Program-made: the position numbers and the translations under genes | Assembly (NCBI GenBank): GCA_002269645.1 | Contig: NIVC01000305.1 | Span: forward strand, 248,001 to 312,000 | Direction of reading: 5' to 3' | Source: Macrostomum lignano | Lineage: Eukaryota | DNA: 64,000 nucleotides | Shown here: one piece after another, positions 50,271 through 63,685 of the stretch | Position numbering within the stretch: the stretch's first letter is position 1 | Layout: every line of letters starts with the position of its first letter | Notes under the pieces: model-generated | What the model was told of the DNA's origin: nothing | The model's input: only the letters and a program-made list of their open reading frames with translations | Database searches by the model: none

Positions 50271-51689
50271 TGTTCCACTGTTTTCAGTTAAGCTTTCTTA
50301 TCTTAGGTGTATATTGTAAAATAGTTTGTTAAAATGATAAAAGACCCCTGACATGCAGCGCTTATAATAATTCAATGGACAGAGGGTTGTTGGGCAGCGC
50401 TCCCCCAGTCCCCACCCCACTCCTCATCCCCACCCCATTTCCCAGCAGACGAACAGTTTTAGAAGAAAAGGGCGTTTCGTCTACTCAGCAGACGAACTGT
50501 TGGTAGACGAATGAACTGGAAACCATGAAATTTACTTGGACCTATATGCTATGGAAATGCATAGAATAATTGCTAGAGGTGATATTGTAGTATTTTCGAC
50601 ATTTTTTCTTGGTTATTTTTTGTTTTTTACCTATAGGCTATATTTTATTTTTTTTTCGTTCTGGTACTGGGAGTATCAACATTTTCTTGTTCTTATTTGT
50701 ACAATTCTTTTAATTTTCTTAAAAAATGGGAAGAAAAATTTTTGGTACAACAACTACCATATATATGCTATAGGCCTACAGTAGTTGAGCTGCTATTTAT
50801 GTATATAAAGACTTTTCTTTCCCACTTTTGTAGAAACCAAGGGCTAGGTATTGAGCATTAGCCACTCAACTCAAAGGCCAAATAAGGTTTCAGTCTAAGA
50901 CCATGGGCCACAGGGGCACACCAATGCTGCCACTAGTGTAAATATTGTAAGATCCACAATGAAGGGCTTTTTGGGTCCCATACAAATCAATAACACTATT
51001 TCTATTAGTTAGATATTTTAATGTCTAAATAATAGGACTCTATGGTAGCAAATGGCCTAGGTAGTATAATCCTAGCATTGACTGAATTAGTCCACGCTTA
51101 AATGTGTCTAAATTAGAAGATTTTAACTTTGACTCTCTTTACTAACTAATGTGATAGTGCAGATGGTGGCAATTTTAAGTCTTATGATTGAAGCAGTAAT
51201 AGGACCTGCTACTAATCTACTAATCTAATCTAATCTACTAATCTAGCTAGTTCTTAGGATTGCATACAAATGCTACATTATGCAGATCTCTCCCACACTT
51301 ATGCCACATTTATTTATGACATCTTGATTATAATGCTTTAATGTTGCTTTTCATTTTAGTGCTTTATCAATATTAAATTGCTATTTACAAAACACTTGCT
51401 TAAAATATGTAAATATATAGAAGTTGTTTAGGCCTAGGTCCAATGAATACAGAGGATATAGCAGTTTTTGGAACTTTGTAGTATTACGAGGCCAACTCCT
51501 CCTCTGGAGGAGAAAGGGGAAGAACTCCCATCACCGGAATTCCATTCCCTGAAATCCATCAGCTGAAATTCCATGACTTGAATCCCATCTTCCAAATCAT
51601 CTCCAAATCCTCTGTAAAGCCTTTCAAATACCATATCTTGTTTTCCCTGTTCGCAAAAACTGACTGCCATTGTCCAGACTCAGATTCTT

Positions 51690-52110
51690 CTGTCTCCTCT
51701 CTTCTCTTTTCTCTCCTCTCACGTCTCTCATCTCTACCAACTTATTTATCTCTTCTCCCTCGTCTTTCGTCTTTCTCTCCTGTCTCCTTTATCCCCTGTT
51801 TTCTTCTCTCTCCTCTCTTCTCTCCTCTCTCATCTCACATCCCTCATGCCTCATCTCACTATTTCTTTCTCCTCTACTCTCAGCTCCTCTCTTTTCTCTC
51901 CTCTCATCTCTCCTGTCTCCCTCTGCTATCTCATATCTTCCCTCTCATCTCCTCTCTCCTCTTTTCTTCTCTCTCCCTCTTCGTTCCCGCCTTACTCCCC
52001 TCTTCTCTCCCATCTGTCATGTCTAATCTGTCCTCTCTCATCTCTACTCTCTTTTCTATAATCTCTTCTCTCTTCTCTTTTCACTCTTGTCTTTACTCTC
52101 TTTACTGACT
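51690..52110. repeat. CT-rich low-complexity tract
   Basis: Degenerate (tctc) sequence; the ORFs here are artefacts. Confidence 0.85.
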
Positions 52111-52129
52111 GACTGAAGATACCAAAATC

Positions 52130-52380
52130 CCTCCGTGAAACAGAAATCCTCTCCGCGAAACAGAAATCCTCTCCGTGAAACAGAAATCCTCTCCGCGAAA
52201 CAGAAATCCTCTCCGCGAAACAGAAACCCTCTCCGTGAAACTGGGCTCCATGGAAATCCTCTGAGTGAAACTGACATCCATCAAAATCGTCTCCGTAAAA
52301 CAGAAATACATCTAGATTCTCTCCACGAAAAAGAAATCCTCTCCGTGAAACCGAAAACCATCAGAATACTCCGTGAAACT
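52130..52380. repeat. 20-bp tandem repeat cagaaatcctctccg(t/c)gaaa
   Basis: About 5 good copies followed by degenerate copies. Confidence 0.85.
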
Positions 52381-52519
52381 GGACTCAATCGAAATTTTCT
52401 CTGTCAAAAAGAACTTAACTCTTAGTTCATTGGTTAGGGTTAGGGTTAGAGCTGCCCAGAGCTGCGTGTTGAATTAATTGAATCAATTAATTGCGCAAAC
52501 CATTTCTCAGTCAGACAGT

Positions 52520-53714
52520 ATCAGTCTTATTTAAAGTTAAATAAACGGTTGCGCAATCTAAATCAACCCTCCAATACGCAGCGGCAGACCCCCTTCCAAT
52601 ACGCCCAACTTTATCTATTACGTCTCGCAAAACTGAGTACAATTTTTGCAGAAAGTTAAAAGTATGGAAATAGTTTTTTAAATGCTGTGCTTTTTCTTTT
52701 CATATTTAAAGCATACAACTTATATCCCCGAACTCAGCGTTGCAAGATCTTTCCAGCAATATAAGTCTCTCCTCTCAAAGTTTAAAACTCGAGGAACAGT
52801 TAGCGTTTGAAATTTACCGATTTCCCGACTGCTTGCTAGAGAAGCTCGCAAGTTTATTCATTGAATTTCACTGCCAAACTAATACACAGGGCTGCCAATA
52901 ATAAAACCAAATGAATCTATCAGTCTTATTTAAAGTTAAATAAACGGTTGCGCAATCTAAATCAACCCTCCAATACGCAGCGGCAGACCCCCTTCCAATA
53001 CGCCCAACTTTATCTATTACGTCTCGCAAAACTGAGTACAATTTTTGCAGAAAGTTAAAAGTATGGAAATAGTTTTTTAAATGCTGTGCTTTTTCTTTTC
53101 ATATTTAAAGCATACAACTTATATCCCCGAACTCAGCGTTGCAAGATCTTTCCAGCAATATAAGTCTCTCCTCTCAAAGTTTAAAACTCGAGGAACAGTT
53201 AGCGTTTGAAATTTACCGATTTCCCGACTGTTTGCTAGAGAAGCTCGCAAGTTTATTCATTGAATTTCACTGCCAAACTAATACACAGGGCTGCCAATAA
53301 TAAAACCAAATGAATCTATCAGTCTTATTTAAAGTAAATAAACGGTTGCGCAATCTAAATCAACCCTCCAATACGCAGCGGCAGACCCCCTTCCAATACG
53401 CCCAACTTTATCTATTACGTCTCGCAAAACTGAGTACAATTTTTGCAGAAAGTTAAAAGTATGGAAATAGTTTTTTAAATGCTGTGCTTTTTCTTTTCAT
53501 ATTTAAAGCATACAACTTATATCCCGAACTCAGCGTTGCAAGATCTTTCCAGCAATATAAGTCTCTCCTCTCAAAGTTTAAAACTCGAGGAACAGTTAGC
53601 GTTTGAAATTTACCGATTTCCCGACTGTTTGCTAGAGAAGCTCGCAAGTTTATTCATTGAATTTCACTGCCAAACTAATACACAGGGCTGCCAATAATAA
53701 AACCAAATGAATCT
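52520..53714. repeat. Three tandem copies of a ~399-bp unit
   Basis: tcagtcttatttaaag begins at 52521, 52920 and 53319; near-identical. Confidence 0.92.
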
Positions 53715-56700
53715 CGACACAGTCTATCTATTTACACTGTACAACTGCTATGTACACTCAGCCCAAGCCCAACCCCCGTTCTGGGGAATCATTAAATTTA
53801 ACTCAACCCCCAACAGGCGGGGGTTTTATTTGCATTGAACCCAGAACACGCGCACCCACCACCCCTCAATACACAGCGGCCCGCGGGCGGAGGTTGGGGT
53901 GGCTATTTTTACAAACTGGCTGCAGCCCCAGTCAGAGTGGCCAAAGAAGGTTATTGGGGTTAAAAAAGCAGTTTTCTGCTTTTTTAGGGATGTTAAAATG
54001 TGAAAATTAAAAATTAAAATAGCCTAAAGCCTGCTCCGGAAAATTTGCAGTTTTCCCATATAAGTTTCGACGCTGACTTGGCAGTATTGTAGGAGTTCAC
54101 TTGCTACATACAGACAGACAGACAGACAGACAAACATCGCGTCAGTTTTAGTATTAGGAGGAGTAGCTACTTTTGCAATAGGCTAAAGCATTATTCAGTA
54201 GTAGACTAGTAGTATATTGTAAATTAATATCCCCATTGATTTTTTATTGTCTAGTATAAATAGATAATTGGATTAACACAATAAGTACCTTTGACTAGTG
54301 TTCTGCCATAGCCATAGCTATTGCTACGGGATCCTATAGCAAATATGGTAAAATAGATGCTTATGGCAACTATGGATGTTCCTATGGTAGTTAGCTACTC
54401 TTATGGCTACAACTACGGAAATATGGTAGTTGCTGTCACATTCTATAGATTCCTGTTACCATAGTTATTAATTTAAAAAAATGGAAATATACTAGAAACA
54501 GGTAGAATAAAACAAAGATACTTTAGTAAGCTGTATTATCAACTTAGAAACTTATACAATATAGTATATACCTAATAAATTACAATAAAACACTAGCAAA
54601 CTCTAATTTTTATTAATGTAAAAAAGTTCAGCATTAGTATTTTCAGTAGCAATTAAGTATTATTGCTTTGTAAAAAGACAAAATGTAATCTTCCAAAGGC
54701 AATTGAGTGTTTCTTCTATTTTCTAAATTAATTTGCAGTTGTTTAAGCACTAGGTTATCTTCTTGATTCAAAATATTTTGTTTTATAGACTTTTTTTTAA
54801 AACTATGGCTATGGGAACTATAGGAATATGGTAATATTGGTATCCCTATGGCTACGGATTATGGAGAGTTGGAATAAGCCATAGTTTTGCTCATGGTACA
54901 TAGACCCTCTTTACAGTAGAACACTGCCTTTGACTATCTGCTTATTAGACAAAAAGTCAAGCAATAATAGGCTTTTGGTATCCCATAAGATAGTCAACAA
55001 GATCTTGCTTGGGTTGCACATAGTCTAACTTTAATAGTGCAATTTAACTCTCACTTTGACGGGATCATAGTGGTTTGATAAAGATTCTTGAAGATAAAAA
55101 TGCTAGTATAAGATCTCAATCACCTATAAGCTTAAGATTAGAAAGCCTAGTCTTCGCTATAAATTATTTTTCTTTAAGTTGTCAGTCACTATCAATTATA
55201 TTGAAAATATCTAGAATATCTAAGCTCTAGTTGATAGTGATTGACAATAGAAAGCAAAAGAATTTATAACAGAGACTGTGCTTTTTTGATCTTTAGCTTA
55301 TAATGTCATTGAAATCTTATACTAGCATCTCTATCTTCAAGAATCTGCCAAGTAGATCCTAAAATTTGACAAAAATTATTATTTTATAATCAGCTTGATT
55401 AAGGATCATCTATAAGTGAGTTCATGCTTAAAGGTCATACTTGAACTTAGGTACCCAATTTTAATAGGATATTTCAATAGCCATCAAATTTAGATTCAAG
55501 AATTTGGTTTTGAGCCTTCTAGGGTCAAGGATTTGGTAATTGCTTTGTATTCAAATTTTAGATCTGAAGAATTTTCCATGATAATGACAATTCATTTTCC
55601 ATGAATAGCTAGAAATATTAAGGTATAATAGAAAATATGTAATACTCAGGGAGTTGAAAAAATTGTCATAGCCTTTTATTATATGGGTGTTTTGATCATG
55701 ATTTTAGCACTATATTACCATTAGATCATAATCAAGTTTTAAACTTTTTAGTGTTCTTTATAAATTGATTTATATTTTTAGAAGTTTTATACTAATATAA
55801 GTCTTGTTGCCAGTACCTCCAAGCAAGAAAACCAGTAAAAACAAGACATTTTAACTTGAATCATTTAGATACTATCCATTGGCTGCAAGCATGTGCTAGC
55901 ATCTTGCCATGCTAGGCTAGGTAGATCTGTTCTAGTCCAGAGCAAATCCACATAGCCTTAGGAGAGGGCCTCTTGATAGCTGTTGAAGCCCAAAGGTCAT
56001 GTCCCAAATTAGTCACAGGACGTTTATGATTCACTAGAAATAGCTCACCATTTGCTAGGCATCCACCATCTCTGCATGAGGCAATTTAGTCAACTGAGAA
56101 TTGCTTGTTGGCTGTGAACATGACTATCAATAAGGACTTCTACTTTGTAATGGCATTTAGGTACTGTTTCTGGGGCTCTCCTTTTTCAAACAAAGTCTTG
56201 TTCTTAATCTTAGTCTTAATTCTATGAGCATCCCAATCCTAAGACACCCATGTCTCATCTTGTATATGCAAATTATACCTTGCCTCACATCTGTCTTTCC
56301 TTATCATTATCTCTGAGGTTGTGAGTTACCCATACTTAGCATACCTATCTCAGCTATAGATCCTCTCAAAGGATACAAAGTATAGTGCTATGGTCCACTA
56401 TTTAGCTGCTTAGCTAGATCACAAGATGAGAGGTGAGGATCCTCACAAACTATCTCCTTTACCTTTATGGCCAAGTGCTTCCCATTTCTTATCAGTGGCA
56501 TCTTTTATCCAGAATCTAGCAATATATGGTTTTCAGGGATAGAATATCATTGCCCCAAGCAGCTCAATCACCAAGCTTTAGGCAAGTAAGCCTGTGAAAT
56601 TGAAAATGCATCTTATCAGGCTCAATGCTTTAACTGTGCTTTTCTTAGGCTCATTGCATGCCTTATAGACAAGGGTTTAGAGCTTGATTCCAAGTAAGTT

Positions 56701-57167
56701 TTTCATAGCAAGCCAGTTTGTTTATGGCCATTTTTGATTTAAGTGAAAAAATTATAGATTATTAATTTTTGTAATTTATAGTTTAAACTGCAAGTTTTGT
56801 TTACCCAGAATGTATTAGATAATGCAAAAAAATATGTTTTAAATATAAATTATAACATATCCTTTGCAATTTTTATCTGTACAATGACTACAAATATTGA
56901 GGATCTATCTATAAGGTGGATTAAAAATTTAATGAGAACTAAATAATACATTCTATTAATGTGAAGCCTTTATGAACCTCCTTGGGCTATTGAGATTTGC
57001 TTTTAATAGAAGCTTTATTTGGCTATTGTATATTTATACACAAAATTTGAACCTAAACAGCGTTTTATCTATAATTAACTGAAATTGCCATTTCTTTTCA
57101 GATTTTATTTATTTTCATTCAATGCAAAGCTATTGCATTGTTGGGATATTGGTCACTATAAAGCAAT

Positions 57168-59318
57168 ATGACAAGCTTGTCTGGTAAAGGCTTGGTCACT
57201 CTGACTGATCTTCCATATATGATACAGCTGCAGATACTTGCATACCTGGACCTGCCAGAACTATTAAATAAAGTTGCACCTCTCAATAAATATTTTTATC
57301 ATCTTGCTCATAATAGCAGGTTTTGGCAAAAGCTTGATTTCACTAATTCTCAGTGTCATTTATCATTATCCTACTTGAGACAGCTACTTGGATTTGCACC
57401 ATTGGCTAGCACTTTGATTTTGAGTCGGCAGGCCTGTGATAAAGCTGAATTATCAGATGATGTTGCAGATATTGTTGGTGAAGTGTTGCACCGATGCCCA
57501 CGGCTAATCTATCTGCAACTGGCCTATTTAAGACCTAGTAAAGAAGCTCTTGCAGGATTATGCATTGGGTAAAGCTCTTGTTAATTTACAGTTTGTACAT
57601 GACGCTTCTTGTTTCATTTATATAATAATTTTTTATAATAAATTATCTTTCTTTCTGGCATTGTCTATCCTCCTTTAACTAGAAAGTAAAACAGCTTTCT
57701 ACTTTCAGTTCAGTAGCAAAGACGAATACATAAGCTATTTTATAAAAATAGAGGCAGCTGAAATGACTTTGATAAGTTTAGAAGCCCAAGCTTGCAGGCG
57801 TAAAACAACTTGCTAATTGGTTCAGCAATAATGTACATTAGCCAGTCTACTGAAATATACATGGCAGCTTTGGGCTGGAATTCCAAGAAAGGCACTAAAA
57901 TTGGGGTGGGCGTGGGCTCTAACGTATTCGTGTGGAAAGGCGCGGTTGGAGGGTTTAACCTGGGGGGTAAGAGCCAATTAATGAGCCTTGGCTTTAAAAA
58001 TACATGCAAATGTTTCTTTTCAACTTACTACTAAACTGAAAGTAGCTTACGCGGAAATGTGCTGCGTCACCCATCTAGTTATTCTAGTATCTGTGATCCA
58101 CTCTGAGCACATTCCCACACGCTCTGTTCTGTCAGACACAGGCACATGCAATCCAGTCAGCCAGTTGGTGGTCACCTGCTTCATCTGGATCTGAGCGGCA
58201 GCGACCAGCTTACACCGGAGCTGGTTGAAACGCTAGCCAGATCTTTTCCTCGGCTTCAATCGCTCTGTCTGGCCCACTGCAGGCGAGCCTGCGATTCCAC
58301 TACTGGTCATCTTGGTCGCCTGCTTACTCAGCTGAGCTATATCAATTTAGATGAGAACACGACGCCACCCGAGGCGCTTAACCTGTTGTTGATGTCCCGT
58401 ACAGACACCTTCGAGAGGGTGGTGCTTGATGCTAGCGGTTGCGAGTCGAGGCATCTGGCTCCGGCTCTGGCTAGCTGCTTGCGCTTGCGAATGGTGCGCG
58501 CGCTATATGCCTGTCTTTGTTTGTCGCTGTCCATGATAAGAATACATTATGGAGAATACAAAGCCTTGTTTTATATTATGACATAACTATATGGGCCATA
58601 TTTATCAGAAAAGCCTACTCTAGTCATTATTTCTAAATATTTGAATTATTGTCTAGTAAATAAATTCTCAAAATATCTATGCAAATTTTTATATCCCCGA
58701 TCATCCCCGAATCAGCTTTGCTGCGACTTCGCCGAAGATGTCTCCGACGAACTGCTGGACTCTGGCATCAGCCAGCTTGGCTGTCTGGAGTCCCTGACTT
58801 TGCGCAAAGCCTATCGAATCTCCGATGAGGCATTCAATCGCCTTGGCCAGTTTGGACATTTCCCCAGCCTGACTCACCTTGACCTCACCGAGTGTCGCTG
58901 CCTCACAGATGAAGGCCTGCATCATCTGGTGTCCAATTTCGGTCATAGGCTAGAGATCCTAGTGCTCAACTGGTGTTGGAAAATCACCGACAATACTGTT
59001 GATCTGCTATTTGACACGTGTCGCCTGATGAGCTCGTTGAGTCTAGTTGGTCTTCATCAGCTCACCGGCAAGCAGCTGCCGCTCGTTCCGGAGCGCATGC
59101 CAGATCTGCGCTTCCTGGACCTGCGCAACTGTAACGCTATCCAGGACCCGCTGTGTCATCAGCTGGTGGCCCAGCGGCCGTGCCTCTGCATCGTCGACTT
59201 CTTCGGCTTCATTGTTGACGGCAGCTGCGATGCTGGCGGAGTCCCCGAGCCTGAGTCTGCCGCTGGGTTCGCCTTCACTGAGCGTTGGACCCGGCCTCTG
59301 CGGCTGCTGAGAATGTAG
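57168..59318 (+). CDS. F-box/leucine-rich-repeat protein (FBXL-type), 3 exons: 57168-57568, 58142-58493, 58716-59318
   Basis: F-box LTDLPYMIQLQILAYL..ELL..VA...K.FY..A....FWQKLDF and AMN1-type LRRs (LTHLDLTECRCLTDEGL, LNWCWKITD, LDLRNC). GT-AG junctions keep frame, ~451 aa. Confidence 0.85.
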
Positions 59319-59356
59319 CTTAATTGGTTTTTATGTTCATGTTTAACACCTTCCCA

Positions 59357-59667
59357 GCCTCCCAAATTCTCAGCTGCTGGGCCAGCCGCCCAGACCCTCA
59401 GTTTCAGTTGCTGGGCCACCAGCATCTCAGATCCTCAGTTGCTGGGCCAGTCTCTCAGATCCTCAGTTACTGAGCCAGCTTCCCAGATCCTCAGTTGCTG
59501 AGCCAGCTTCCCAGATCCTCAGTTGCTGAGCCAGCTTCCCAGATCCTCAGTTGCTGAGCCAGCTTCCCAGATCCTCAGTTGCTGGGCCAGCCCCCCAGAT
59601 CCTCAGTTGCTGGGCCAGCCTCCCAGATCCTCAGTTGCTGGGCCAGCCTCCCAGATCCTCAGTTGCT
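59357..59667. repeat. 28-bp minisatellite cctcccagatcctcagttgctgggccag
   Basis: About 10 tandem copies just 3' of the F-box gene stop. Confidence 0.9.
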
Positions 59668-60307
59668 CAGCCATGCCTTTAGGTTCAGAGTCAAACTACA
59701 TAGTTACTAGGCTTTCTTTTTCGCAAATATTTGTTGCTACCAGCTGTATGTGTTTTGTTATGTTTCATAATCAACTATACCAAAAAAAAGTTCGCTTGAC
59801 AAAAACTGAAACTTTTGATTCTTGTTGCATATATTGTGCAGTTGGTTGAGATAGCAAATCATGTGGATATGCTCTCAGCTACATGTTAAAGTTTCAACCC
59901 GGAAACCAGTGGTCAACTTTTCTCAAATCTGAAATTTGTCGACCATCTGGTTTTGGGGTAGAAAATTGAACATTTCGCTGATGTAACTTAATTGCATTTC
60001 AATTTAGATTGTTAAGGCTGCACTTACTAACCTGGCATGCGCCCAACTCTTGTACTTTAATTACTGTGATGGCTATTTTTTTAATAAAGCAACTATTCCT
60101 TAAAAATTGAAAAGAATTTGGCATTTCAAACAAGTTGCTGATTCCGGAATCATTTTTGACATTGTAAGTTTTTAAAGAGTGTTTTTAAATGCTAGGTTTT
60201 CGTTCAAACCTATACCGCACTTGTTTATAAAACTGCCTTGCGGTAAAACCGTTTAATTATTTTATTTGTTTGTTTCAGCCAGCCAGACACAGGGCGACTG
60301 CGTCTCA

Positions 60308-61282
60308 ATGATCTCTTCAATTGTTTCAAGTGCTCGCTTGGCAGGACCTCTGACCCAGAGACTCGGTTGGGTGTCTCTTCTTCCGACGTTAACGAAAACT
60401 TCCTCTTTAATTTTGCGTCACTCGTGTCGCTATGCTCAACCAGTAGCTTTGTCGTCAACCCGATCGGTTCAAGTCAGTCCGAGTGTCAGGTTCTTCTCTT
60501 CGAAATCTTCGACTCCAACGCATTCGTCTTCGTCTGATAGCGATAGCGACTCCGATAGCGACTCTTCTTCGTCAGATTCGGATAGCGAATCGGAGGAGGC
60601 TGGTTCGAATCCCGGCCCAACGCACAAGTCCGTGTCGGGATCGTCCACTAAGACTGGACTTAAAGGGGGTCTTGATGGTGGTGGCATTTTTGCCGCTGCT
60701 GCCGCTGGTGTGGCCGCGAAAGCAACAAAAGGATTGACAGAAAGTTCTTCGATTGGTTCAAAGCAGCCAGATTCCGGAAGTCCTTCCGGTTCCAAGCCGT
60801 CTTCCCCAGAAAGTCAGTCTAATTCGAAGCCATTAACCGGAAGTCCACCAGCTTTGAAACTACCAACTACCGGAAGTCCACCAGCTTCGCAACCACCAAC
60901 TACCGGAAGTTCCGCAAGTCCACCAGCTTCAAAACCACCAACTACCGGAAGTTCCGCAAGTCCACCAGCTTCGCAACCACCAACTACCGGAAGTTCCGCA
61001 AGTCCACCAGCTTCAAAACCACCAACAACCGGAAGTACCGGAAGTGCATCGGGTTCAAATACGTCAGCAAGCGGCAGTCTACTCGCTACTTCAGGCGCCT
61101 TATCGGACTCAAGTCGTATCTATTTGGGCAAATTTTCGGCCAGCATTGATTCAGTGGACAAGTCTCTTGACTACAAGAACACTGAGTACTTTGTGTTTGA
61201 CGACTTGTCTTTCTACGACTACGAGATGATGATGGAAACTAAGCGTCTGCCTCAGCCTAAGAGCAAGCTCACCGATTACTGA
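60308..61282 (+). CDS. NDUFV3: NADH dehydrogenase flavoprotein 3-like (long form)
   Basis: Arg/Ser-rich transit-peptide-like N-terminus ending RFFSS, Ser/Pro/Thr-rich middle, C-terminal LDYKNTEYF.FDDLSFYDYEMMMETKRLPQP resembling the NDUFV3 ..YKN..H..Y...TF.D....M..FRLPQP motif. Confidence 0.65.
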   Translation: MISSIVSSARLAGPLTQRLGWVSLLPTLTKTSSLILRHSCRYAQPVALSSTRSVQVSPSVRFFSSKSSTPTHSSSSDSDSDSDSDSSSSDSDSESEEAGSNPGPTHKSVSGSSTKTGLKGGLDGGGIFAAAAAGVAAKATKGLTESSSIGSKQPDSGSPSGSKPSSPESQSNSKPLTGSPPALKLPTTGSPPASQPPTTGSSASPPASKPPTTGSSASPPASQPPTTGSSASPPASKPPTTGSTGSASGSNTSASGSLLATSGALSDSSRIYLGKFSASIDSVDKSLDYKNTEYFVFDDLSFYDYEMMMETKRLPQPKSKLTDY

Positions 61283-61814
61283 CTCATCAAACGTTTTGCC
61301 GCACTCTGTCGACTTATCAATCGTTAGAATCTCTTCAGAATACGAGTAGCTCTGAACTATAATTTTATTTGTATTTTCGATTGACAACCGGAGTTGTCAA
61401 GGACAGTTCTTCGTCCTTGCCACTGTTTTCGGGTTTTGAGCCGTGCCATCACATTCTATATTTTTGTAAGAAATGTGTTCCGAGTCCTGATATAGCCTTT
61501 GGTTTGAATTTACTGAGTTACGGATAAGTATAATTTTATAGCCTTTATTTCTCTCAAAGATCATTTTCAACTGTCGTTCATTCTTAACAGCCAGTTTTAA
61601 AAATACGAGTATAAACTTCTAAATTCTTTGTTACTTAAAAATTTCAACGCACTTTGTTTTGTACCCACTATACTATTTAATAAAAATTAAGTATGTAAAT
61701 TCCTTTTTATTCATAGTAGCTTATTAATATTATCAATATAATTGACAGATTTTAAATTTCTTTACAACTTTTTTCACGATTAGTGTATTTGCGATACTTT
61801 GTAAAAATACATGA

Positions 61815-62812
61815 GGATTAGCGGTGCTCAATCATTAAGGTGCCTGGGATTGGCGGTGCTCAATCATTAAGGTGCCTGGGATTGGCGGTGCGCAATCATT
61901 AAGGTGCCTGGGATTGGCGGTGCGCAATCATTAAGGTGCCTGGGATTGGCGGTGCGCAATCATTAAGGTGCCTGGGATTGGCGGTGCGCAATCATTAAGG
62001 TGCCTGGGATTGGCGGTGCTCAATCATTAAGGTGCCTGGGATTAGCGGTGCTCAATCATAAGTTCCCTGGGATTAGCGGTGCTCAATCATAAGTTCCCTG
62101 GGATTAGCGGTGCTCCATCATAAATGTGTCTGAGATTAGCGGTGATCCATCATTAAGGTACCTGGGATTAGCGATGCTTGATCATTAAGGTACCTGGGAA
62201 TAGCGGTGCTCCATCATTTAAAGGTACCTGGGATTAGCGGTGCTCCAGCATTAAGGTATCTGGGATTAGCAGTGCTTTTATCATTAAGGTACCTGGGATT
62301 AGCAGTGCTTTTATCATTAAGGTACCTGGGATTAGCAGTGCTTGATCATTAAGGTACCTGGGATTAGCAGTGCTCGATCATTAAGGTACCTGGGATTAGC
62401 AGTGCTTTTATCATTAAGGTACCTGGGATTAGCAGTGCTTTTATCATTAAGGTACCTGGGATTAGCAGTGCTTGATCATTAAGGTACCTGGGATTAGCAG
62501 TGCTTTTATCATTAAGGTACCTGGGATTAGCAGTGCTTGATCATTAAGGTACCTGGGATTAGCAGTGCTTGATCATTAAGGTACCTGGGATTAGCAGTGC
62601 TTTTATCATTAAGGTACCTGGGATTAGCAGTGCTTGATCATTAAGGTACCTGGGATTAGCGGTGCTCAATCATTTTAAGGTACCTGGGATTAGTGGTGCT
62701 CCATCATTTAAGGGTACCTGGGATTAGCGGTGCTCCATCATTTAAAGGTACCTGGGAATAGCGGTGCTCCATCATTTAAAGGTACCTGGGATTAGCGGTG
62801 CTTGATCATTAA
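61815..62812. repeat. ~32-bp minisatellite, ~31 units
   Basis: Unit ggtacctgggattagcagtgcttgatcattaa with variants; no unique spacers. Confidence 0.95.
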
Positions 62813-62889
62813 TCCTTTTTAATAGGTATTAATAGGTCCTACATCTGTCAAACATGAATAAATTGGTCACCCTCAGCATCATAATCATC

Positions 62890-63563
62890 AGCTGGACCCC
62901 AGCGGCTTGCCTGGCACTCGAGTCACAGTGCCAGGCTACCGTAAGGCGCCACCGAATCACCCGGCCGTGTCGCGTCTGAAATCGGCGCCAACTCTGTATC
63001 AACTCCGGGTCGCTCGGCCCGGCCAGCCGGCCTACAATCTGGAGAAACTGTTCGCCGAGTTCGAGTCGCTGCACAGGCAGACTCGCCGGCATTCGCTGTC
63101 ATTGAATCCTTCTGTTCCGCAGCCAAGACTGCCTAGCAGACTGTCTGGACCCGATACTAAACGTCACGAGTTCGAGTCTTATCTAGCTGGCATGCTTGAA
63201 TTGGCTTCTCAACCGGGTCAGTCCGCGTGCGCTCACGCTTTAGCCGCTTTCCTGTCGCCGCCAGTTGCCATCCATTCGGAGTCTTCACCGAAGCAAAAGC
63301 TTCCAACCCGGGCAGCCGCCGTCCTCATTGACTTGGAGCCGGACAATGCTCCGCAGTCTCAGTTGGACTCTTCAAAATCTGCCTCGAATTCTTTTTCATC
63401 TTTTCCGGCACAGAATCGACAGGAGTTGGTCAGTCAGCACGCTCCGGTTGTGATGCTGAGCGAGGTAGAGGCTCTGCCTCGGTCGGAACTGGACCCGCTG
63501 ACCAGCGTCATTATCGATACAGTCTATATGAGCGCTTCCGGCTCTTTGCTTGATTTTGACTGA
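62890..63563 (+). CDS. PX (phox homology) domain protein, start codon or 5' exon not identified
   Basis: TLYQLRV, LEKLFAEFESLHRQ (KRYSEF-type), P.LPSRL and L.AFL pattern. No in-frame ATG upstream before a stop. Confidence 0.55.
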
Positions 63564-63685
63564 GCTTGTCTTTTTATTCGGCATTGAAGAGTAGGTTGGG
63601 ATTCACCCTGAAGATGAGCAAAAGTGATAACAAAAAGTGCCGATAAATTAAATAGAAAATTGGCTCACTGATATTTTGAGGGGGA

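Larger units (their letters stand above)
43420..50524 (-). mobile_element. Mutator-like element (MULE) with nested insertions
   Basis: ~150-bp TIRs at 43420-43570 and 50385-50524, TSD atgaaatt at 43412-43419 and 50525-50532, transposase motifs inside. Confidence 0.8.

Noticed and set aside
51578-52108. Leu/Ser-rich hydrophobic ORFs
   Set aside because: Translation of CT low-complexity DNA.
52434-52449. Telomeric TTAGGG repeats
   Set aside because: Only ~2.7 units; no evidence of a chromosome end or fusion.
61815-62812. CRISPR-like array (32-bp period, partial palindromes)
   Set aside because: Units are contiguous with no unique spacers, there are no cas genes, and the context is eukaryotic.
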